Positions 9,581 through 19,498 of a DNA stretch of 64,000 nt are shown piece by piece (within the stretch, counting starts at the first letter, position 1; each line of letters begins with the position of its first letter). The notes under the pieces were generated by a model. It was not told where the DNA came from. It did no database searches and worked only from the letters and a program-made list of their open reading frames with translations. The position numbers were made by a program, and so were the translations under genes. The stretch covers positions 5,952,001 through 6,016,000 of the forward strand of contig OY759599.1 of assembly GCA_963662465.1 (NCBI GenBank), written 5' to 3'. The DNA is from Desulfatiglandales bacterium. Its GTDB lineage: Bacteria; Desulfobacterota; DSM-4660; Desulfatiglandales; Desulfatiglandaceae.

Positions 9581-12500
9581 AAAGGAAAATGCAGGAATTG
9601 GTCCGGGACCTTGGGTTTTTGAGGGAAATCGGGGAGGTCTGCAAGAACCTTCGCTTTCGTTTCATGGCAGGCGTCCAGGAAGCCATCTTTGATACAGATT
9701 CGTTCGAATTTGTTTCTGGCAGCATCAAAAGGGTTAAAGATAGATTTGAACAGGTATTGATTGCCAAGAAGGACGTGAAGTTTGTGGTCTCTCAAAGACT
9801 CCTTCAAAAGACGCCCGAGCAAAAAGCCCGGATTGCAGCCTATTTGGCTCCTTTTTCGAAATTTTATGAGCAGATGAATGAAAGGATGGATGATTATGTG
9901 GAGCTTTTCCCCATTCATCCTGAATATATTGATACATTTGAAAAAATAAGAGCGGTCGAAAAGCGAGAAGTGTTGAGGACCTTTTCCCGTGCCATGAAAG
10001 AGGTCTTAAACGATCCGGTGCCGACCGATTATCCAGGCGTCATTGCTTACGATGGTTATTGGAAACAATTGAAGGAAAACGCTGCCTTTCGATCCATACC
10101 GGATATTCGAACGGTCATGGAATGCAGCGATGTTCTGGAATCAAAAGTGAATCAGTCGTTCAGCAGACCGCCCTATAAAAAGATGGCATTAAGGATTATT
10201 CAGGGCCTTTCCATAAACAGGCTGGCTACAGGGAATATTTATCAGCCGATCGGGCTGACGGCCAGATCGCTCAGGGATGAACTATGCCTCTATCAACCCG
10301 GCATAGAAGAAATGGGGGGTGAACCGAATGAGGATCTTCAAACCCTTGTGGAAACTGTTCTGCGCGAGATTATCAAGACTGTAAACGGACAATTCATTTC
10401 CATGGCCCAGGATTCCGGACAATACTATTTGGATCTCAAAAAGGACGTAGACTATGACGCCTTGATCGAAAAGCGCGCAGAACTTCTCGAAAATGATAAG
10501 CTTGACATGGCTTATTTCGATGCTCTCTCCAGGATACTTGAACGATCCGACATCTATCATCCGGGAACCCACCTGGCATGGGAATATGAGCTCCAATGGT
10601 TGAATCGGAAGTCGGCCCGGATCGGCTATATGTTTTTCGGTACGCCCAATGAACGATCTACCGCCCAGCCGCCCAGGGATTTTTATCTCTATTTCACTCA
10701 GATTTTTGAAGCCCCGTCGTTTAAAGATGAACTTCGATCGGATGAGGCGTTCATCAAATTGACCCATCTGGATGATGAGATCAAGAAACTCATCCGATAC
10801 TATGCTGCCGCTCAAGCACTGGGATCTACTTCTTCCGGCCAGTCGAAAACCATCTATCTCGAAAAAGCAAGCGGGTTTCTCAAGGAAATTGTTCAATGGC
10901 TCAGGAAGAATCTGTTGACGGCTTTAGAACTGAAATACCAGGGAAAATCAAAAGCCATGCTTGAATGGCTAAAAGGGCGTATGAGCCCCTCAGAAATGGA
11001 GCAGAGTACGGTCCGGGATCTGTTAAATACAGCTGCTTCCATTTGCCTTGCAGAATATTTCAAAGAACTGGCGCCCGAATATCCTTCATTTTCTATCAAG
11101 ATCACCGGCGACAACCGTCAGCAGGCAGCAGTGGATGCGCTCCGTGGTATTGGGGGTTCCACCAGGACCAAGCAGGGCACAGCCGTGTTGGATGCTCTTG
11201 AACTGTTTGATGGGGATAACATAGATCCACGGCATTCCAGGTACGCCTTGTTCATTCTGGATTTGTTGAGTAAAAAGGGGGCGGGCCAGGTTCTGAATCG
11301 TTCGGAGCTAATCCAGGATATAATGGGAGTTGAGTACCTGTTGCCGGAACGATTTCGACTGGAACCGGATTGGGTGGTGGCTATACTGGCAGCCCTGGTC
11401 TACGCGGGAGATCTCGTCCTTAATATTCCGGGAAAAGAATTCAGCGCCATCAATATTGCCGCCCTTTCCGCAACGCCTCTCCAGGATCTAATTGATTTCA
11501 AGCATGTCAAAAAGCCCAAAGGTGTGCCCACTGGACCATTGAAAGCACTATTTGAGCTTCTGGGCCTTGCGCCCGGACTTGCCATTGAAATTTCTCAAGG
11601 GAAAAGCGGGCCGGTGGAGCAGCTCCAGACCACCATCGCGGTTTTCGTGGAAAAACTTGTCATGGCCGTTCAGAAGATTCAAACGGGCATCCCATTCTGG
11701 GGGAAGAATCTTCTGTCGGATGATGAGGTCATCTCTTGCCGGAAAAAGATGGAGGAAACCAAGACGTTCCTTGAATCGATCCAGGCCTTCAATACGCCGG
11801 GCAAGATGACAAATTTCAAGTATTCTGAAATCGAAATCCGGAACCATGGTGGAGGGCTTGCCGTACTCAAAGAGGTCAATGCGTTGCAGGAAATCGTCGG
11901 GGATCTCGGAAGCCTCGCCTCCTATCTGGCTCAGGCTGAAGCATATCTTCCGGATACGGATTCATGGATCAGCAAAATGAAAACAACGCGTGATGCCATC
12001 CTTTCCAGCTTTTACGATCCGGAAAAACGCACCAAACCGGAATTCAGGCAGAAAACCCTTCAGCAATTAAATGAATTACAGCAAAGTTACATGGATACTT
12101 ACACATCCATGCACCAGAAAGCCAGGCTGGGTGTGAATGATGACAATCGGAAAAAGGCACTTTCAAGAGATGACAGACTCGAAAAGCTCAAAAAACTAGC
12201 CACCATCGGCACCATGCATGCCAGCCAGCTGGTGGATTTCCAGAACCGCCTGGCCAATCTTACGCCCTGTTACAGCTTTCTAAAAAAAGATCTGAATACC
12301 ACGCCCTTATGTCCTCATTGCACATTTAAACCCTCGCAAGAAAGTATTGTAGTTCCAGTCGACAATCGGATTTCAAAACTGGAAGATGATCTTGACAGGC
12401 TCTACGATGAATGGACCAACACCCTTCTAAACAACCTTGAGGATCCGATTACCCAGGAAAGAATTGACCTGCTAACACCTGAGATGAAAAATCATATTGA

Positions 12501-12738
12501 GGCGTTTCTGAAAACCAGAGTCCTGCCGGATCCGCTCAGCGATGAATTCATCCAGGCAATTCGTGAAGCACTGTCGGATCTCAAGAAAATTACCATAAAG
12601 GTTCCGGATCTGAAGGATGCTCTACTTGCGGGGGGCTCACCATTTAATCCTAATGAAATGAAAACCAGGCTGGATACCTATCTCAGCCGGCTTACCGCAG
12701 GGAAGGACCCCAGCAAGGTCAGAATTGTACTGGAGTAA
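9581..12738 (+). pseudogene. brxC: BrxC, C-terminal fragment
   Basis: In frame with 4668..5223 once the IS is removed; DLGFLREIGE, LFPIHP, PNERSTAQPPRDFY. Confidence 0.9.
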
Positions 12739-12745
12739 AATTCGG

Positions 12746-13888
12746 ATGAATGCGAATAAGCATCAATGGAATTTTGAAAAACTGGTTCTGTCTATCCGGC
12801 AGGCTCATGAGGAATTGGCTGCACAGGCAGGACGGGCGGTAAATCTCAGTCTGACGCTGCGCAACTGGCTAATGGGATACTATATTGCCGAATATGAACA
12901 GAACGGAGCGGATCGGGCAGAATATGGCATTCGGCTTCTTGAAAACCTTTCCTCTCGCTTGAATGAAGGCGGTATGGATGGCGTAGCGGCTCGATCGTTG
13001 CGTCAATACAGGCAATTCTACTTAATTTATCCCGGAATTTGGCGGACAACGTCTGCCAAATCATGGCAAAGCCTGATTCCTTCCGCAATTTGGCAGACAG
13101 CGTCTGCCAAATCAGAAACAACAACCGCGATCCCCTCACAATCGGCAATAGCCTCTTCAATGCTGATTCAAAGGCTCTCTTTTAGCCACTTTGCCGAATT
13201 GATTGGCATATCCGATGTCACAAAACGTACTTTCTATGAGATTGAGTGCATCCGGGGAAATTGGTCAGTACGCGAGCTCAAACGCCAAATCAATAGTCTG
13301 TATTATGAGCGATCCGGCTTATCAAAAGATAAGAAGAAACTTTCGGCAATGGCACAAGAAAGTGCAGAAGTTGCAGAACCTCGACTGGCGATACGGGATC
13401 CGTATGTATTCGAGTTTCTTGGCCTGAATTCCAAAGAAGTAATGAGCGAATCCCACCTGGAAGACCGGCTTATCAACAGGCTTCAAGAATTCCTGTTGGA
13501 ACTGGGCCATGGGTTTTGCTTTGAAGCCAGACAAAAGCGCATTCTTATTGGAAGTGAGCATTTCTTCGTTGATCTTGTGTTTTATCACCGAATCCTCAAG
13601 TGCCATGTTCTGGTGGAACTGAAGCTGGAAAAATTCAACCATGAAAACATAGGACAGCTCAACACGTATGTCACTTGGTATAGAAAAAACATGATGACGG
13701 AGGGGGACAACCCACCGGTTGGAATTTTGCTTTGTACGGACAAAAACCATGCCCTGGTCGAATATGCCCTGGCGGGCATGGACAACGGGCTTTTCGTTTC
13801 CAAATACCAGCTTGAACTTCCAAAGAAAGAGGAAATGATGCGTTTTATTGAGGAACAGATTCGGGAAGCAGTCGATAAGCAGAGCTAA
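12746..13888 (+). CDS. YhcG/DUF1016 family PD-(D/E)xK nuclease
   Basis: WSVRELKRQI, IRDPYVFEFL, FLLELGHGF, VDLVFYHRILKCHVLVELK, PPVGILLC. Confidence 0.92.
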   Translation: MNANKHQWNFEKLVLSIRQAHEELAAQAGRAVNLSLTLRNWLMGYYIAEYEQNGADRAEYGIRLLENLSSRLNEGGMDGVAARSLRQYRQFYLIYPGIWRTTSAKSWQSLIPSAIWQTASAKSETTTAIPSQSAIASSMLIQRLSFSHFAELIGISDVTKRTFYEIECIRGNWSVRELKRQINSLYYERSGLSKDKKKLSAMAQESAEVAEPRLAIRDPYVFEFLGLNSKEVMSESHLEDRLINRLQEFLLELGHGFCFEARQKRILIGSEHFFVDLVFYHRILKCHVLVELKLEKFNHENIGQLNTYVTWYRKNMMTEGDNPPVGILLCTDKNHALVEYALAGMDNGLFVSKYQLELPKKEEMMRFIEEQIREAVDKQS

Positions 13889-14245
13889 CGGCGGAAAGGA
13901 GAGGAATTCCGGCTTGCTTCGGGTATCAAATAAGGGGCTCATCACAAATGCAAGCCACCAATCTACGGGATCGGCCCCGGACTGAACGTTGCGTTGGGTT
14001 TTGCTCCGATCTTCCCAACCTACTGACGGAATCCTCCAACCGGCTCGAAGGCATTACCGCACCCCCGGGGCGAATCAAGGAATTGGTTGTCAAAAAAACG
14101 ATGCCTCGAAATCGATCTGAGCACAGAGAAACACGGAAAAACTTGAATGCCTGGGTCGAGGGCCTACCGCCGCATGGCGAAATAGGCAGAGTACCTAATT
14201 TATAGGTACTCAAACACGAGTCAGTACCTATATACAGCAGGAGAT

Positions 14246-14789
14246 ATGATGGAGATTTCCGAGCTTAAAAAACTGCTCAAAGCGGGGGAATGGAATGACA
14301 TCGAGTTCAAGGAGGCTCGCAACGCCCTTCCAAAGTCCAGTTTCGAAACCGTCTCCGCCTTTGCCAATACCCACGGTGGTTGGCTGGTGTTTGGCATTTC
14401 CCAGCAAGGCGAAGCGTTTAACGTCTCGGGTGTTCTGAAGGAAGGCCTTCGAGTTTTTTATCCCGGAACTGGACAGGGAAGTGGATATGGCGTCGGACTT
14501 GATGAAGGCTATGTTTGGCCGCACCGACCAAGTCACCGACCAAGTCACCGACCAAGTCGAAAAACTTCTTGCTCTGTTCAGTAAGGATTCTTTGGACACG
14601 GTGAAACTGATGAAAAAATTGGGTCTATCGCATCGTCCAACTTTCAGGGAAAATTACCTCCACCCCTCTCTCAAAGCAGGATTTATCGAAATGACCATCC
14701 CGGATAAGCCCCGCAGCAGCAAGCAGAAATATCGACTCACCCGGAAAGGGCAAGAAACGATTCAAAACGCAAACCCGAAGCTGAAATGA
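14246..14789 (+). pseudogene. AlbA_2/Schlafen-domain plus C-terminal HTH protein with an internal deletion
   Basis: N-terminus (IEFKEA...VSAFANTHGG) is joined out of frame to a C-terminal (TDQV)3...PDKPRSSKQKYRLT winged helix; 12-bp repeat accgaccaagtc x3 at 14523-14558. Confidence 0.75.
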
Positions 14790-14863
14790 TGGATTTTCAC
14801 AAAAATGAAGATGAAACCGTTGAATAAGTGCAACAGTCACTAACGACAAAAAAGGAAAAACCT

Positions 14864-16417
14864 ATGTCACCAAAAAACGTGGATCATCAAACCCGGAAGA
14901 TGTTCAGGACTGAACAAGCGGACATGTTCGAGAAATCCTATGAGGAGGAGCTTGAGGAGCGGCGAAAAAAGAAGGTGGAATTCCTCGGCATGACCTTTGA
15001 AAATGATGATGCGCGCAGGGAGCATTTTTTAGGGATTCTTCGTGGAAAGCTTAAAGATCCGGAGTTTCGCAAGATCGAGGGATTTCCCATTGGAGAGGAT
15101 GAGGATATTCTGGCGCTTTCAGATCCACCCTTTTATACTGCCTGCCCGAATCCATGGCTTGGAGATTTTGTGAGGCTTTGTGGAAAGCCTTATGATCCGA
15201 ATAAACCTTACAATCGTAAGCCTTTTGCCGTGGATGTGAGCGTTGGGAAAACCGACCCTATATACCGAGCGCATTCTTATCATACCAAGGTGCCGCACCT
15301 GGCCATTGTTCCCTCCATCCTCCATTATACGGAACCGGGAGATGTGGTTTTGGATGGCTTTTGCGGGTCGGGCATGACCGGTGTGGCTGCCCAGTGGTGC
15401 GGTTCGGCACCTGAAGCCTACCGGAAAGAACTTGAAGCCGCTTGGAAAGCGGAAGGAAGGGACCAACCTCAATGGGGTGCCCGCCGCGTGGTGTTGGGGG
15501 ACCTCTCACCGGCTGCTACCTTCATAGCTGCAAATTACAACCTGCCCTTTGATGTAAATGCTTTTGCAAAGGCCGCCAGACAGATTCTCGATGAAGTGGA
15601 AGAAGAGCTGGGCTGGATGTATGAGACGCTGCATGTGGATGGTAAAAGGAAAGGGCGGATTGAATACACTGTATGGAGCGAAATCTTTTCCTGTCCGGAT
15701 TGCACAGGAGATGTGGTTTTTCTCGAGGAAGCCTTGGATCCTCAGACCAAGCGGGTCAAGGATATGTTTTTGTGCCCCCATTGCGGGGGTGAATTGACGA
15801 AAAAGCGTCTCGTTCGCCTCTACGAAACAAGACATGATAAGGCTTTGAATTCTGTCATAAAGTCCCCGAAGCGGAAACCCGTTCTGATTGTCTATAAACT
15901 GGACAAAGACCGATATGAAAAAGAACCCGACTCCCAGGATCTCGAAATAATTTCAAAAATTGGGGCCCTTGAATGGTCGTCAGGGATACCAACTGACGCT
16001 TTGCCGTACATGCATATGACCCATGAACGTGCGCGAATGGACAGGGTAGGCATTACCCATTTGCACCATTTCTTTTTTCCCAGAGCAGCCCACGCACTTG
16101 CTGCTCTTTGGCAGAAGGCGAAGGCGCACTCAAAGGTTCGGATTCGTCATATGCTCTTGTTTTTCGTGGAACAGGCAATTTGGACAGCATCAATGTTGAA
16201 TCGTTATAGACCAACAGGGTTTTCTCAGTCAATCAATACATGACCGGTGTGTATTACATCGCCTCTCAACATTCGGAATGCAGCCCATGGTATATACTTG
16301 GAGGGAAACTCTCGCGCCTGGTAAAGTCATTTTCTGAGTATCAAACTGTTTCGCAAATGGTAATGGTAAATACTGGTTCCGCTGCACGACTTAACCTTTT
16401 CGATCAAAGTATTGACT
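14864..16417 (+). pseudogene. pglXI: BREX-3 DNA methyltransferase PglXI, N-terminal part (frameshifted, IS-interrupted)
   Basis: LSDPPFYTACPNPW, HSYHTKVPH, SAM motif VLDGFCGSGMTG, Cys pairs; apparent 1-nt deletion near 16228. Confidence 0.85.
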
Positions 16418-18215
16418 CAGCAATTCCCGGTCAAGAATTTACTCACAGAGTTTGAAAAACATATTTCAAAAACAAACCCTGAGATCAGATCCTTTTCAGA
16501 AAAATTGTATTAAATCCACTATTACCTCCCTCGATTTCTTGCAGGTTGAGCTTCTTTGACAAGAGTAAGAGCATAAAAGCACGAGTTAGGGCAGAGATAT
16601 CCATTTCCGGAATCTCCAGTTTTTTATTAATGAGAGCATTTTTGTATGCGAACTTGGGCATGACAAATTTAACCACTGTTATATAGAATAACTGGCGCTT
16701 GAAACTTTACGCCATAATAGAGGGCTTCATAGAGCATCCTCATCGATTTGAATTCAAAATCTCTAAACAAAGCTCTCATCCGTTCCCACAATTCCCTTTT
16801 TGAGCCGAGTTTATGCCATGCGGCTATAAATAGAGGGCAACAAAGCTGTTGAGTTTGATCCACCAAGAATGCCAGCATCATGAGCATCGCAAAAACAACA
16901 CTCAGATTCTTCTTGCCGAGCCCGTAGTTGTGTTCAAAATGATATCCTTGGTTCTTAAGAGTATTGAAGGTTTCATTTTCGATCTTCCATCTCGCACGGC
17001 CGCCTCGCATTAGCTGGTATGCATTGTCCTTTCCTATTAAAAAATCTGTCACCCAACTAAAATGTTTTGTTTTTTTCGGTATAATTTCCCAATATTCCAG
17101 AAAGTTAACCAGCATATTCTTGTTAGAGGCATTGAGAGGTACCTGGTTAATAAATCGGAAACGATGTATTTTTTCCGGATCCTCTTTATCGACCAATTCG
17201 AATTCAGTGACGTCACCATTTATCCGCGCTTGTTCGACGTGATTAAACAAGAAATGGTGATCTCCTTTTTTAACTCCCAGAATATAATGAAAATTTTGCT
17301 TTTGTATTTCTTCAATGTGGGGTGCATTCGAACTTAACGCGTCCTCTGTTATAATGATAGGCAGATGGGGATGCTCCTCTTTTAGCTTTTGCAAGAAACG
17401 TTTCGCGGCATTACGCTCACAGTCGTTCTTGCTTTGGCCATCCTGCTTGACTATGAATTCCGGAGCAAGCGGAATGACCTCTTTGAAATCCGGATGGACA
17501 ATTGCTGCCCCCAACATCTGCTGATAATAGGTTTTTTCGCCGGTTTTTTTCGATACTTTTACCAAACAACTATCAGAGGAAAGTTTCTTCGATGAGAAGA
17601 AACCCGTTCCATCCAAAGATAGAAGATAACAACCTTCGAAAAATACCATACGTTCAAGCACCTTTCCCCTTTGCAGTTCCCAGAAGATATTCCTATACGG
17701 TTTCCGAAGTTCTTCTGCGAGCACTTCATCAAGAATGGTGCGCATCGTACTGTCACATGGGATCTTTCCAATATGGTATATGTTCCCAAGATTACTATCG
17801 GTTTTTCTTCTTTCATCAAAGGCAAGCAACGATGGCTCCTTGAGCGAAAACATTGCAAACCCGGACATCAAGGCATCCGCAATAGTAATATCGGGATCCT
17901 CACGGCAGTCAGAGACTTCAGAAAAATCTTTATGCAGACGCTTGAAAATTGCATCTGCATTAAGATGCTTGCGAACTCCAATCTTGCCTCTCTCTTTTCT
18001 TCCTTTTTGGCTTCTGATTCCCATAGGCAGTAATCATCGGCCAAGTTGATCTGAAAGTCCAGCTTTTTCTGAGAATTGCCAAAAAAATTCCTGTTTTATT
18101 TTAAAAATTGGAGAAAAAAGCCTTTTCAGGCTATTCATTCAACGTAAAGCTTTACGAAAAGGAAATGCCAAAAGGTACTGTCCTAGCGCCTTTAGAATCT
18201 AAGCGGGAATTGCTG
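16418..18215 (-). mobile_element. DDE insertion sequence, 1798 bp (IS4-clan/ISAs1-related; possibly an ISNCY group)
   Basis: Terminal IR cagcaattcccg / cgggaattgctg; 9-bp target duplication gtattgact at 16409-16417 and 18216-18224. Confidence 0.93.
16669..18024 (-). CDS. DDE transposase
   Basis: LSLDGTG, KNDCE, TEDAL, RARWKIENETFNTLK. Confidence 0.92.
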   Translation of the reverse strand: MGIRSQKGRKERGKIGVRKHLNADAIFKRLHKDFSEVSDCREDPDITIADALMSGFAMFSLKEPSLLAFDERRKTDSNLGNIYHIGKIPCDSTMRTILDEVLAEELRKPYRNIFWELQRGKVLERMVFFEGCYLLSLDGTGFFSSKKLSSDSCLVKVSKKTGEKTYYQQMLGAAIVHPDFKEVIPLAPEFIVKQDGQSKNDCERNAAKRFLQKLKEEHPHLPIIITEDALSSNAPHIEEIQKQNFHYILGVKKGDHHFLFNHVEQARINGDVTEFELVDKEDPEKIHRFRFINQVPLNASNKNMLVNFLEYWEIIPKKTKHFSWVTDFLIGKDNAYQLMRGGRARWKIENETFNTLKNQGYHFEHNYGLGKKNLSVVFAMLMMLAFLVDQTQQLCCPLFIAAWHKLGSKRELWERMRALFRDFEFKSMRMLYEALYYGVKFQAPVILYNSG

Positions 18216-19498
18216 GTATTGACTATATCTTTACAGACCCCCCCTTCGGCGAAAACATCTATTACGCTGACCTCAACTTTCTCGTAGAAAGCTGGCATAA
18301 TGTTCTTACCAATGCGACAAGTGAAGCCATTGTAGACAAGGCTAAAAAAAAGGGTATGCCAGAATATCAACGTCTAATGCAAAAATGCTTTGAGGAGTAC
18401 TACCGAGTACTCAAACCGGGCAGATGGATGACGGTAGTTTTTCACAATTCCCGAAACGCCGTTTGGAATGCAATCCAGGAGGCCATGCTGGCAGCAGGTT
18501 TCGTGGTGGCGGATGTTCGCACCATGGACAAGAAGCAAGGGTCCTACCGTCAGGTAACCAGTTCTGCCGTTAAACAGGACCTGGTGATTTCCGCCTACAA
18601 GCCCAATGGCGGACTTGAAGAGCGTTTCAAGCTCACAGCGGGAACCGAAGAGGGCGTCTGGGATTTTGTACGTACACACCTGAAACAACTTCCTGTTTTC
18701 GTAATGAAATACGGCCGATGCGAAGTTATTGCCGAACGGCAAAGTTACCTTCTCTATGATCGAATGGTGGCCTTCCATGTGCAGCGGGGCGTCATGGTTC
18801 CAATGTCTGGAGCCGATTTTCACGCAGGGCTTGAGCATCGTTTTCGACCCATCGATGGCATGTATTTTCTGGCGGATCAGGCCGCTGAGTACGAAAAGAA
18901 GCGCATGACGGCCAAAGAGATCTTGCAGTTGGAACTCTTTGTCAAAGATGAGTCTTCCGCAATTCTTTGGCTTCGGCAACAATTCACTCGAAAACCGCAG
19001 ACGTTTCAGGATATCCATTCGCAGTTCATGAGGGAGATCGCGGGGTGGCAGAAGCATGAAAAGGCCCTGGAACTCTCCGAATTGCTGGGGCAGAACTTCC
19101 TTTCCTATGACGGCAAGGGAGAAGTCCCCAGTCAGATTCACAGTTATCTTTCCTCCAACTTCAAAGACTTGCGAAAGCTTGGAAAGGATGATTCCCTGCT
19201 CCAATCCAAAGCCAAAGACAGATGGTATGTGCCTGACCCCAACAAAGCCGGCGACCTGGAAAAGCTACGGGAGCGAGCCCTGTTGAAGGAATTTCATGAA
19301 TATCTGGAATCCAAGGAGAAACGTCTGAAGGTGTTCCGTTTAGAGGCGGTCCGCGCCGGATTCAAGAAAGCCTGGCAGGAAAAGGATTACAACACCATCA
19401 TCGAAGTGGCCAAAAAGATCAAGGAAGAGGTACTCCAGGAAGACCCAAAACTCCTGATGTTTTACGACCAGGCTTTAACCCGAGCGACCCATTCATGA
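18216..19498 (+). pseudogene. pglXI: PglXI, C-terminal part
   Basis: IDYIFTDPPFGENI catalytic motif directly after the IS; RVLKPGRW, EAVRAGFK, LQEDPKLL. Confidence 0.88.

Noticed and set aside
14523..14558. 12-bp x3 repeat as a CRISPR or iteron array
   Set aside because: No spacers; it is an in-frame TDQV linker. No CRISPR array or cas gene was seen anywhere in the window.
16220..16245. pglXI frameshift as a phase-variation switch
   Set aside because: There is no simple-sequence tract at the site; a single-base loss or sequencing error is more likely.
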